From a virus: a DNA stretch of 49,502 nucleotides. The stretch lies in IMG/VR virus record IMGVR_UViG_3300042273_000055. One strand, 5' to 3'. The notes under the pieces are model-generated. The model made no database searches. It was given only the letters and a program-made list of their open reading frames with translations, and had not been told where the DNA came from. The position numbers and the translations under genes were made by a program. Within the stretch, counting starts at the first letter, position 1. Each line of letters opens with the position of its first letter. Positions 1 to 7,447 of the stretch are shown here, piece after piece.

Positions 1-127
1 ATCGGAACCGGCCGCCTGCACGAGGGCGGCCTTGACTGCCGGAATCTCTGCGAAATCTGCGGTACCAGCCGCACCACTCGCCGGCACCAAGCCTGCGCGC
101 AGATCCGCAAGGCCATCTACTCCGCGC
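1..127. repeat. Exact 127-bp terminal duplication (1-127 = 49376-49502). This is a circular-contig overlap.
   Basis: I compared both ends base by base. They are identical over all 127 nt, up to the window end. Confidence 0.97.
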
Positions 128-282
128 CAGCCGCTCAGCGCCTAGAGGTTCAGGCACTCCAGCGCCAGGGCTACCGCCCCCAGGCAATCACCGGGGCAGG
201 CATAGGCCTATCCCGCGGCAATGACCATCGCGTCGTCTGTGCTGACGGAAGCACCCAGCGCGGCGTAGGAGCGAGAAAATGA
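1..282 (+). CDS. 3' part of a junction-spanning gene whose ATG is at 49364. Cys-rich hypothetical protein of about 98 aa.
   Basis: Frame 1 is open from position 1 to the TGA at 280-282. It continues the ORF that starts at 49364, and its stop overlaps the next ATG (ATGA). Confidence 0.6.
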   Translation: MGTGRLHEGGLDCRNLCEICGTSRTTRRHQACAQIRKAIYSAPAAQRLEVQALQRQGYRPQAITGAGIGLSRGNDHRVVCADGSTQRGVGARK

Positions 283-545
283 CGGACTACATGGAAATCA
301 CCGAAGCCTACGAGCAGGCCCGCACAGCCCCCGACGTAACAGATCGCGCTACTGGCCTAGAGGAGGCAGATCGTATCGGTGGCGTGCAGAGCGTGCGCGC
401 CAGGCTGCAGGGGCAGGGCGCTGAGTTCTGCATCGACTGCGACGAGGTTATCCCGGCCAAGCGTCGCGCCGCTGCTCCGTGGGCAGAGCGCTGCATCTCC
501 TGCCAGGACGACCACGACAAGCGGGAGGCGCGCCGTCATGGCTGA
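279..545 (+). CDS. DksA/TraR-family C4 zinc-finger protein
   Basis: 88 aa with CIDCDEVIP...CISCQ (CxxC-N17-CxxC), typical of phage TraR. Confidence 0.85.
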   Translation: MTDYMEITEAYEQARTAPDVTDRATGLEEADRIGGVQSVRARLQGQGAEFCIDCDEVIPAKRRAAAPWAERCISCQDDHDKREARRHG

Positions 546-714
546 TTCCCGAATGACTGCACGCGAACGCGCATATGTCCGGCGCCTGGAGCTGGAGAAT
601 GCCCAGCTGCGCGCGCAGAACGACAAGCACATCGATATCTACCGTGAGCAGACCGTCGAGCTTATCGAACTGCGGGCGAAGCTGGACCTGCTGCGGGAGG
701 TGGCCAATGGGTGA
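538..714 (+). CDS. Small coiled-coil hypothetical protein
   Basis: The ATG at 538 overlaps the TraR stop. The sequence is heptad-like (LELENAQLRAQNDK...LRAKLDLL). Confidence 0.55.
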   Translation: MADSRMTARERAYVRRLELENAQLRAQNDKHIDIYREQTVELIELRAKLDLLREVANG

Positions 715-1174
715 AGTAATCCATAAGCCTCGCCACTTCTGGACCGCTGGCCGCAACCGTGTCCGCGACGTGTTCAAGCTGGCCTACCTGTTCGCCTTCG
801 AGCTGTCCGCTGAATCGGCCGTCGAGATCATCGTGCGCCCTGTCAAGAGCCGCCGCACGCTGCAGCAGAACGCAAAGCTCTGGTCGATGCTGGCCGACAT
901 AGCCCGTCAGGTTGAATGGCCCGTAAACGGCGTTATGCAGCGCCTGGACGCTGAAGACTGGAAAGCCCTGATGACTGCCGCGTGCCGCCAGGAAGTCCGC
1001 ATGGCGGCCGGCATCGGTGGCGGCGTTGTGATGCTAGGCGTTTCGACCCGTCGCATGACCGTAGCCGAGATGGGCGACCTCATCGAGTTCATGTACTCCT
1101 TCGGCGCCGAGCGTGGCGTGGAGTGGCGCGAGCCCAAGGACGAGATGCCCGAGCAGTGGGAGGCCGCAGCATGA
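707..1174 (+). CDS. ninB: NinB-like recombination protein
   Basis: RTLQQNAKLWSMLADIARQVEW...DAEDWK...STRRMTVAEMGDLIEFMYSFGAERGVEW aligns by eye with lambda NinB (SLDQNRKLWACLGDVSRQVEW...STSRMRVGEFAELLELIQAFGTERGVKW). Confidence 0.85.
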   Translation: MGEVIHKPRHFWTAGRNRVRDVFKLAYLFAFELSAESAVEIIVRPVKSRRTLQQNAKLWSMLADIARQVEWPVNGVMQRLDAEDWKALMTAACRQEVRMAAGIGGGVVMLGVSTRRMTVAEMGDLIEFMYSFGAERGVEWREPKDEMPEQWEAAA

Positions 1175-1473
1175 CCAAGGCCGAGAAGCAGCATCTCAAC
1201 CGCGTCGCCGCCCTGGGCTGCATTGCCTGCTACCTGCAAGGCACGCCGGGTACGCCTGCTGAGATCCATCACCCGCGCGCCGGTCGCGGCAAGGGGCAGC
1301 GCGCAAGCCACATGGACGGCATACCTCTCTGCCCAATGCATCACCGTGGCACCGTACACCCGGCCATCCCAAGTATCCACCTGGCAAAGCGGGCATTCAT
1401 CAAGCGCTTCGGCACCGAGGAGGAGTTGTTGCAGTTGGTGCAGCAGCTGATCGATGGGAGCGCTGCTGCATGA
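1171..1473 (+). CDS. HNH/Ref-like (DUF968-like) putative nuclease
   Basis: CIAC...EIHHPR...CPMHHRG motifs. ATGA overlap with ninB. Confidence 0.55.
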   Translation: MTKAEKQHLNRVAALGCIACYLQGTPGTPAEIHHPRAGRGKGQRASHMDGIPLCPMHHRGTVHPAIPSIHLAKRAFIKRFGTEEELLQLVQQLIDGSAAA

Positions 1474-1646
1474 CCGACTCACCACTAGGCCGCGCCTGCC
1501 CTGACTGCGGCGAGCCCATGAGCAATATGCCAAGCCTGAACGCCCGCCAATGCGCCACCGGATGCAAAGAGACATTCGCGTGGAACCTGGCGCCCGGCCA
1601 GCTCCCCCTGATCGCAAACAACAGAGCCACAAGGAAGCCGCAATGA
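1470..1646 (+). CDS. Small zinc-ribbon-like protein (58 aa, below the ORF-track cutoff)
   Basis: My own translation is MTDSPLGRACPDCGEPM...CATGC. Both ends have ATGA-type overlaps with neighbouring genes. Confidence 0.45.
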   Translation: MTDSPLGRACPDCGEPMSNMPSLNARQCATGCKETFAWNLAPGQLPLIANNRATRKPQ

Positions 1647-1966
1647 CCATCAAACCGAAACACGTATTTTCCGACCTGCTGTCTGTCGGCCTCAGCGCGG
1701 CGCTCGTCTTTGGCTCCGGGGCGCTGCATGACTTCGCCTATTACGTCCTGCTGGTGTTCGTTTCGCTGGGCTGGCTGGACTTGCTCTGCGTGGGCGTGAA
1801 GGGAGAGGCCGCCGAGACGATTCGCGACCGCGTGTGGTGGAGCGGCTTTCTATCGGTGGTGCAGATATCGGCCTTGATCTTTTCCGGTCACTCGGTACTT
1901 GCGGCATTCAGCCTGGTTCTGTCGATGCTCATTGTGGCGTCGGCGCTCAAGGAGCAGCAGGCATGA
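1643..1966 (+). CDS. Small integral membrane protein (about 3 TM)
   Basis: The ATG at 1643 overlaps the upstream stop. Hydrophobic segments include LLSVGLSAALVFG, YYVLLVFVSLGWL and VLAAFSLVLSMLIVA. Confidence 0.6.
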   Translation: MTIKPKHVFSDLLSVGLSAALVFGSGALHDFAYYVLLVFVSLGWLDLLCVGVKGEAAETIRDRVWWSGFLSVVQISALIFSGHSVLAAFSLVLSMLIVASALKEQQA

Positions 1967-2418
1967 GCCACGAACACTACTTTATCGACGTATCGCACAT
2001 CGACCGGCTCGACGTGTACCGCCTGCTCGACCTGTTCAAGGTCACCTGTCCGGTCGCTCAGCACGTGGTCAAGAAGGCATTGGCGGCCGGCCAGCGAGGC
2101 CACAAGGACACTCGCCGGGACTGGCAGGACATTGCCGATAGCGCCGCTCGCCGTCTGCAGATGATCAGTGAGGACGAGGCGACCTTCGGCCAGCAGAACA
2201 CCATCGACTGCCGCACGGATGAGCAGAAGGGATTCAACGACCCGCGCACCGTTGCCGGCGTAGACGTGTCGTTCCCGACTGAGCGCCACCTCAGCTTTGC
2301 GCCAACCGAGAGCGCATACGAGTCCGGCATCTGTAAGGGGTGCGGCGTCTCGGTGCTCTTCCCGCATAAGGAAGGGTGCGATTTCCGCTACGACGCTCAG
2401 GAGGCGAACCATGCATGA
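1963..2418 (+). CDS. Hypothetical protein, possibly DUF3310-like
   Basis: Coupled ATG at 1963. There is a weak resemblance (HVVKKALAAGQRGHKD..DWQDI) to the DUF3310 motif. The family call is low confidence. Confidence 0.5.
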   Translation: MSHEHYFIDVSHIDRLDVYRLLDLFKVTCPVAQHVVKKALAAGQRGHKDTRRDWQDIADSAARRLQMISEDEATFGQQNTIDCRTDEQKGFNDPRTVAGVDVSFPTERHLSFAPTESAYESGICKGCGVSVLFPHKEGCDFRYDAQEANHA

Positions 2419-2636
2419 ACCACTCTGCGGCTCCTGTTGGATTGAACTTGGCGGAATTGACTGCCGATGCTCGGGCGCTGATCGAAGCGGACAAGAAAGC
2501 GTGCTGGATCCGGTGGAAGTGTCGCGGCCTGCCGGAGAAGGAGAAGCAGAGGCTCGGGCCGCAGCTGCTGGCCGCTGTTCCGGAGAGTGCGCGACCTGCC
2601 GTTGTGCAAGCGCTGAAGGCGAGGGGGAGTAGATGA
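2415..2636 (+). CDS. Hypothetical protein
   Basis: The ATG at 2415 overlaps the upstream TGA. The reading frame is GC3-rich. Confidence 0.5.
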   Translation: MNHSAAPVGLNLAELTADARALIEADKKACWIRWKCRGLPEKEKQRLGPQLLAAVPESARPAVVQALKARGSR

Positions 2637-3106
2637 TCATCGGAATCGACCCTGGCTGCACTGGCGCCATCGTAGTGATGACCGAGAGCCGCAACTACGT
2701 GGCTCACCTCAACATGCCGACAATCAAGGTAGGCACGAAAAGCCGAGTGAACGGCGCCGCCGTCGCTGCCTTCCTGCGCGAGACGGTCGGGGAGTTCACC
2801 GCTCATGCCTATCTGGAGCAGGTCGGCGCCATGCCTGGCCAGGGCGTTTCCTCGATGTTCACCTTTGGCCATGCCGCTGGCGTGGTCGAGGGCATCCTGC
2901 AAGGAGCGTGCATCCCGTACACATTGGTCACCCCGCAAGCATGGAAGAAGAGAGCGGGCCTCATTGGGGCCGACAAGGATGCCGCACGCTCCCGCGCAAT
3001 CCAGCTCTACCCGGACCTCCGCATTCTCGACCTGAAAGGGAAGGGGCAAGCGGTGGCCGACGCCATTTTGATCGCCCGATTTGGGGATAAAGGGGAGGCA
3101 GCCTAA
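2633..3106 (+). CDS. RuvC-like Holliday-junction resolvase
   Basis: The N-terminal MIIGIDPGCTGAIVV is the RuvC/RNase H-fold signature. A C-terminal acidic residue sits in the AVADAILIA context. Confidence 0.8.
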   Translation: MIIGIDPGCTGAIVVMTESRNYVAHLNMPTIKVGTKSRVNGAAVAAFLRETVGEFTAHAYLEQVGAMPGQGVSSMFTFGHAAGVVEGILQGACIPYTLVTPQAWKKRAGLIGADKDAARSRAIQLYPDLRILDLKGKGQAVADAILIARFGDKGEAA

Positions 3107-4248
3107 TGGCCGCACGCAAAGCGACAGACGACGAAATCAAGGCCGCGCTGACGGGCCGTACTGTGGCAGAGGCTGCGCAGATCCTCGGGCTGCACGAGCG
3201 CAACGTCTACACCCACAAGGCGCGCCTGGCTCGGCAGGGATGGAGCCCGGAGCACGACATGACCAAGAGCGTGCCGGATGGCTTCCGCCTCAAGGGTACG
3301 TCGACCCTGTACGACGAAGACGGCAAGGCCAAGCTCCAGTGGGTCAAGACCACCATCGACCAAGAGCGCCAGGCTGAACTGATTCGTGAAGCGTGCCAGG
3401 CAATGTCTGAGGATCTGCCGCAGGTCGAGCCACGCAAGGCCGGCAATAGCTACCTGTCTCATCTGCTGGCTGCCTACCCGATCGGCGACGCCCACATCGG
3501 AATGCGCGCCTGGGGCGAGGAGACACAGGGCAGCGACTGGGACCTGTCCATTGCCGAGCGCGTTCAGTGTGGCGCTATGGCCGCCCTGGTCGATATGGCG
3601 CCGGCCTGTGAGCAAGCGCTGATCATCAACTGCGGCGACTGGTTCCATGCCGACAACATGGAAGGCACCACGAGCCGCTCCGGTCACATCCTGGACGTAG
3701 ACGGTCGCTACGCGAAGATGATCCGCGTTGGCGTGAAGGTGATGCGGCAGTGCATAGAGTCCGCCCTCATGAAGCACGCCCGGGTGCGCGTCTGCAACGT
3801 CATCGGCAACCACGACGACACTGGGGCCATCTGGCTGAGCATCGCCCTGAGCCACATCTACGCCAATGAGCCGCGCGTCCAGATCGACACCTCACCGGCG
3901 CCGTTCATGTATCACGAGCACGGCAAGGTGCTGATCGGGATGCACCACGGCCACTCCTGCAAGCCTGACCGCCTCCCCGGCGTAATGGCAACCGATCAGG
4001 CGCAGGCATGGGGCCGCACCGAGTTTCGCTACTGGTACATCGGCCACGTCCATCACCAGAGCGTCAAGGAGTACAGCGGCGTCACCGTCGAGTCCTTCAA
4101 CACCCTGACCGCCAAGGATGCCTACTCCGCATGGGGTGGCTACCGGGCTCAGCAGAACATGAAGTGCATCATCCATCACGCGGAGTTCGGCGAGGTCGGC
4201 CGGCACACGGTGAATCCGAACATGCTCAAGGGGGAGGTAGCAGCATGA
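3106..4248 (+). CDS. N-terminal HTH fused to a calcineurin-like metallophosphoesterase
   Basis: HTH: TVAEAAQILGLHERNVYTHKARL. MPE motifs: GDAHIG, GDWFHADN, GNHDD, GMHHGH, GHVHH. Confidence 0.8.
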   Translation: MAARKATDDEIKAALTGRTVAEAAQILGLHERNVYTHKARLARQGWSPEHDMTKSVPDGFRLKGTSTLYDEDGKAKLQWVKTTIDQERQAELIREACQAMSEDLPQVEPRKAGNSYLSHLLAAYPIGDAHIGMRAWGEETQGSDWDLSIAERVQCGAMAALVDMAPACEQALIINCGDWFHADNMEGTTSRSGHILDVDGRYAKMIRVGVKVMRQCIESALMKHARVRVCNVIGNHDDTGAIWLSIALSHIYANEPRVQIDTSPAPFMYHEHGKVLIGMHHGHSCKPDRLPGVMATDQAQAWGRTEFRYWYIGHVHHQSVKEYSGVTVESFNTLTAKDAYSAWGGYRAQQNMKCIIHHAEFGEVGRHTVNPNMLKGEVAA

Positions 4249-4790
4249 CCTATCGCAACGTGGTTTCCGCAGTAGTCCGAGCCCTGGCGTCGGAGGTGAT
4301 CAACTCGGCTGGTGGCTGTGACTTCCAACCGAAGGTGCAGGCCGCTCGTGTGCCGGGTGCGATCTGCGGCAAGGAAGAGGCGTTCCTGACTGACTGCTGG
4401 GTGTTCTCACGCCTGCACACGATGCTGAGCCCTGAGCACTGGCGCGCATTGGTAGCGCAGTATTCGACTCATGCAGACCGCAAGCGCATTGCCATCACTG
4501 AGCTGGTCGGCACGATCCAGTCCCCGGCGCCGGTTCGGTTCATCAACTGCTGTGTGGTGACGTGGGCCTATCCGAAGCTTCCGGGCGCAGAGGGCAAGCG
4601 GTCAACCAATGTGCTGCCGGCCGGGTGGTACAACATGGACAACTGGAGCGATGACCCGGTGCCTGTGAAAACGCAAGAGCGCTGGCGTCGTGACATCCGC
4701 AAGGGGCTGAAGCAGGCCGTTGACCAGGCGCTGATCGAGGCGCACGAGATCTTGGCTGCTGAGGGATTGGTGGCAGGCGAGGCGGCGTGA
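4245..4790 (+). CDS. Hypothetical protein. It is the last gene of the early-right operon and only a positional candidate for a late regulator.
   Basis: ATGA-coupled ORF of 181 aa with no motif I recognise. The suggestion rests on its position before a promoter-like site. Confidence 0.6.
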   Translation: MTYRNVVSAVVRALASEVINSAGGCDFQPKVQAARVPGAICGKEEAFLTDCWVFSRLHTMLSPEHWRALVAQYSTHADRKRIAITELVGTIQSPAPVRFINCCVVTWAYPKLPGAEGKRSTNVLPAGWYNMDNWSDDPVPVKTQERWRRDIRKGLKQAVDQALIEAHEILAAEGLVAGEAA

Positions 4791-4810
4791 AATAAATTTG
4801 CGAAAGGGTG

Positions 4811-4838
4811 TTGCGTTAGTTACCTAACGCTGTATACT
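4811..4838 (+). promoter_or_regulatory. Sigma70-like promoter: TTGCGT, 16-nt spacer, TATACT. A 7-bp inverted repeat GCGTTAG-N4-CTAACGC (4813-4830) lies in the spacer.
   Basis: Hexamers and palindrome read directly. The site lies in the only AT-richer gap after the 4245-4790 gene. Confidence 0.45.
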
Positions 4839-4902
4839 AACACCCATGGAAGCGAAACAGCCTCCACTGCATCCCCGGCAGCTTCCGGGTGAGGATTCAA
4901 CC

Positions 4903-5199
4903 ATGCGCACATTCAATGCACGTATCTACTCAGGCAAGGACGTTGTCGAGATCCGCGAGAATCTGTCAGCTAGCCAAGTCTGCGATTTTGCCCGCGAGGT
5001 TTCAGGGCGTGGCGTCGAAAAGAACACTTCGCTGCTGATTGAACAGCTCTGGAACGGCGAGAACGAGCAGCAGTATCTAGACCGCGAAATTCCAGGCGCA
5101 GTGGCAAGCGGGTTCGTATTTCGCGCCAATCATCTGCGTGCCGACTCGGTTGAAGACCGTTGCCAGGATTTCTCTGACGTGTTCGGTTGTGCGCAATGA
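4903..5199 (+). CDS. ORFan A (98 aa), first gene of the cassette
   Basis: ATG at 4903 preceded by GGTGAGGA. Lower-GC segment. No recognisable motif. Confidence 0.55.
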   Translation: MRTFNARIYSGKDVVEIRENLSASQVCDFAREVSGRGVEKNTSLLIEQLWNGENEQQYLDREIPGAVASGFVFRANHLRADSVEDRCQDFSDVFGCAQ

Positions 5200-5741
5200 G
5201 CGTCGGCACCCTGACACTGGTACAGGCCGCGATGTTCGCGGCCCTTGGCCAGCAAACCAAACTTAGCCGGTCCGGACACAGTATCGTTTTTGTAGAGCCT
5301 CAGTGCGGCCGGCATGACCTATCCGATGATGAGGGTCGCGCAACAGCGCAGGCGCGTAGTGCGGGGCTGAATATAGAGGCCATAACGCCTGAACAGGTCG
5401 AGGCATACCAGTCGTGGTACACCGCCATGTATGAGGCGCGCAGGATTGGCGAGGCGCGGATTCAGATCACTGCCCCCTACGTCATGCAGTACAGGAATGA
5501 GTTAGTTCCAGTAAATGGCGTTCGCCTGATCGATGGCTGGGGTTGCGTGGTTAGTTCGCGCGCTGTGCGTATGGAGATGTATTTAGACCCCGCCAGGAAG
5601 AATCGCATTGGCGAGCTAGGAGCGTACTGCCACCGCCCCGATTACGCAAAAATAACGGATCGCGTAAAGAAAATTCTTGCGAAACATCCTGAGTTCGAAA
5701 GTGCACGCATTCAAGACAACAACCATAGGGGCCGCAAGTGA
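5196..5741 (+). CDS. ORFan B (181 aa)
   Basis: ATGA overlap with ORFan A. No recognisable motif. Confidence 0.6.
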   Translation: MSVGTLTLVQAAMFAALGQQTKLSRSGHSIVFVEPQCGRHDLSDDEGRATAQARSAGLNIEAITPEQVEAYQSWYTAMYEARRIGEARIQITAPYVMQYRNELVPVNGVRLIDGWGCVVSSRAVRMEMYLDPARKNRIGELGAYCHRPDYAKITDRVKKILAKHPEFESARIQDNNHRGRK

Positions 5742-6154
5742 ACGAGAAGGAATTCAAGCAGCTGATGCTGAAGGCTAAGCAGATAGGCGGCGATTACGGT
5801 GCGGGTTATCAGCGAGGGTTGCGTCGCTGCTACCACGGCGAGCAGTTCGGCACTGCTGCCGAGCATGAGACGTGGATGACCATGAGCGGACATCGTCAGG
5901 AGCAGGGCGACGGCTACCGTGACGGGTTCGCTGGATTGAAACCGAATGCAAGCTGGTCGCCGAAAACCACGGCTGAGCGTGTAGCTGAGCACGATGCCAG
6001 GCTGGTGAGCAATGGGGGGCGCAAGCTCAGCGGGATTCGTCTAACGCCAGATGCTGCTGCTGCGCTAGCTGATCTGGAGGCGGCCGGAGAGTCTGCCACC
6101 GCAGCGATAAACAGGCTGCTCACGGAAAGCCTAGCGTCATGCAAAGGTAGTTGA
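5738..6154 (+). CDS. ORFan C (138 aa) with a C-terminal ribbon-helix-helix-like segment
   Basis: GTG start overlaps the upstream TGA. The C-terminus LSGIRLTPDAAAALADLEAAGESATAAINRLL fits a strand-helix-helix RHH pattern. Confidence 0.6.
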   Translation: MNEKEFKQLMLKAKQIGGDYGAGYQRGLRRCYHGEQFGTAAEHETWMTMSGHRQEQGDGYRDGFAGLKPNASWSPKTTAERVAEHDARLVSNGGRKLSGIRLTPDAAAALADLEAAGESATAAINRLLTESLASCKGS

Positions 6155-6179
6155 CACGAATGAGCTAGTGAGCCATTCT
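6151..6179 (+). promoter_or_regulatory. Candidate promoter: consensus TTGACA (6151-6156), 17 nt, CATTCT (6174-6179)
   Basis: Perfect -35 hexamer and a -10 with the conserved A2 and T6. About 125 nt downstream is a strong terminator. Confidence 0.4.
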
Positions 6180-6283
6180 ATGCCTATCTTGGTCATTTCA
6201 CGCGTTGAGATGGCCGAGACAGCCCTACGACCGCCCAGCGCCGGCATGACCTGCGCGCCAACAGGCTAGGGCACCAATCCAAG

Positions 6284-6311
6284 AGCCCTGACTTCGGTCG
6301 GGGCTTTTTTA
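6284..6311 (+). terminator. Rho-independent terminator (8-bp stem, UUCG loop, T6)
   Basis: GCCCTGAC-TTCG-GTCGGGGC followed by TTTTTT. Confidence 0.8.
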
Positions 6312-6553
6312 TTCCCATCGAATTCGATGTGTTTGCGCGAACGGCTGATTAGGGCTCGACCACCCGGCGCCCAATTCAATACATCCGCCATGCCTCTGAT
6401 CATTTTCCTGGCGTCACGCAAATGATCATGCACAAATCGCGCGGATTTTCATTCGCCTCACGGCAACCCTCTTCCGGCCCCATGCCTGCCTCCTTGCCCC
6501 GAGCGGATCGCACGCGCATGTGAGGCCGGACCAAACACCAACGAGACTCCACT

Positions 6554-6868
6554 ATGACCGACAGCCATGAGGGCAGGACAGTGCATGAGCGAGTCGGCGC
6601 CCTGGAGCAAGAGGCAGCCGTAACCCGGCATCGCCTGGACAGATTCGACCGCGACCACGCGCAGTCACCCAACCGCCTCACCAAGCTCGAGCAGCAGTTC
6701 GAGCACATGACCCGCCAGCTCACCGCAATCGGAGAGAGCCAGGACGAGGTAGCCGGGAAGGTGGACACACTGAGCAACAAGCTCACCTATGGGATTGGCG
6801 CCGGCGTGGTGATGGTTGCTGTGTTCGACAAGCTGTGGCCGTTCCTGGCTAAGGGGTTTGGCTCATGA
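6554..6868 (+). CDS. XhlA-like coiled-coil protein with a C-terminal TM (holin-associated type)
   Basis: Long N-terminal coiled coil, then the hydrophobic GIGAGVVMVAVFDKLWPFL. Confidence 0.55.
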   Translation: MTDSHEGRTVHERVGALEQEAAVTRHRLDRFDRDHAQSPNRLTKLEQQFEHMTRQLTAIGESQDEVAGKVDTLSNKLTYGIGAGVVMVAVFDKLWPFLAKGFGS

Positions 6869-7080
6869 ACATGATCCCCGAATGGCGCAAGTGCTGGCGT
6901 CTGACCAGTGTGCAGCTCGCCATCCTGACTGCCGTGCTCAACGCAGCAGCCGGTGCATGGGTAGCGTTCGAAGGCCACATTAGCCCGATCGCATGGGCAA
7001 GCGTGAACATGGTCCTCGGCGTGGCAATGGCTATCGCCCGTGTGGTGTCGCAGCCGAAGGTGACTGGAGAGCAGAAGTGA
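6865..7080 (+). CDS. Putative holin (2 TM, 71 aa)
   Basis: MIPEWRKCWRLTSVQLAILTAVLNAAAGAWVAF...VNMVLGVAMAIARVV. ATGA-coupled. Confidence 0.6.
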   Translation: MNMIPEWRKCWRLTSVQLAILTAVLNAAAGAWVAFEGHISPIAWASVNMVLGVAMAIARVVSQPKVTGEQK

Positions 7081-7298
7081 AGCAGCAGCCTCCATGGGTA
7101 CACACGCCAGAAGACGGCCGCGGCGTCCGCAAGGTGCTCATTGATGGGCAAGAGATCAAGATGGCCGTTTTCGTCGACGAGCGGCGCGGCATCGTTGATC
7201 GCTATCGCCAGCCGTTCACTATCGATAAACGCAGCCAGTCCTTGATCACTGAGCGCCTACACGGTCGCGTGGAGGTTGTATGGCAAACGTCCAGCTAG
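7077..7298 (+). CDS. Hypothetical protein (GTG start)
   Basis: The GTG at 7077 overlaps the holin TGA. 73 aa. Confidence 0.45.
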   Translation: MKQQPPWVHTPEDGRGVRKVLIDGQEIKMAVFVDERRGIVDRYRQPFTIDKRSQSLITERLHGRVEVVWQTSS

Positions 7299-7447
7299 TG
7301 GCCGTCGTCAAGATTCGCTGGTGGCTGCGCCTGTATATCGCCGGAGTGGTTGCAGCCTATCGCATCACTGGACTTGACCCAGATTGGCAAAAGGTCAGTC
7401 AGTGGATTCGGCGCGGCACAGTGATTCGCTTTAAGGCGGCACAGTGA
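7280..7447 (+). CDS. Small 1-TM protein (55 aa, below the track cutoff)
   Basis: My own translation is MANVQLVAVVKIRWWLRLYIAGVVAAY... The stop overlaps the next start. Confidence 0.4.
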   Translation: MANVQLVAVVKIRWWLRLYIAGVVAAYRITGLDPDWQKVSQWIRRGTVIRFKAAQ

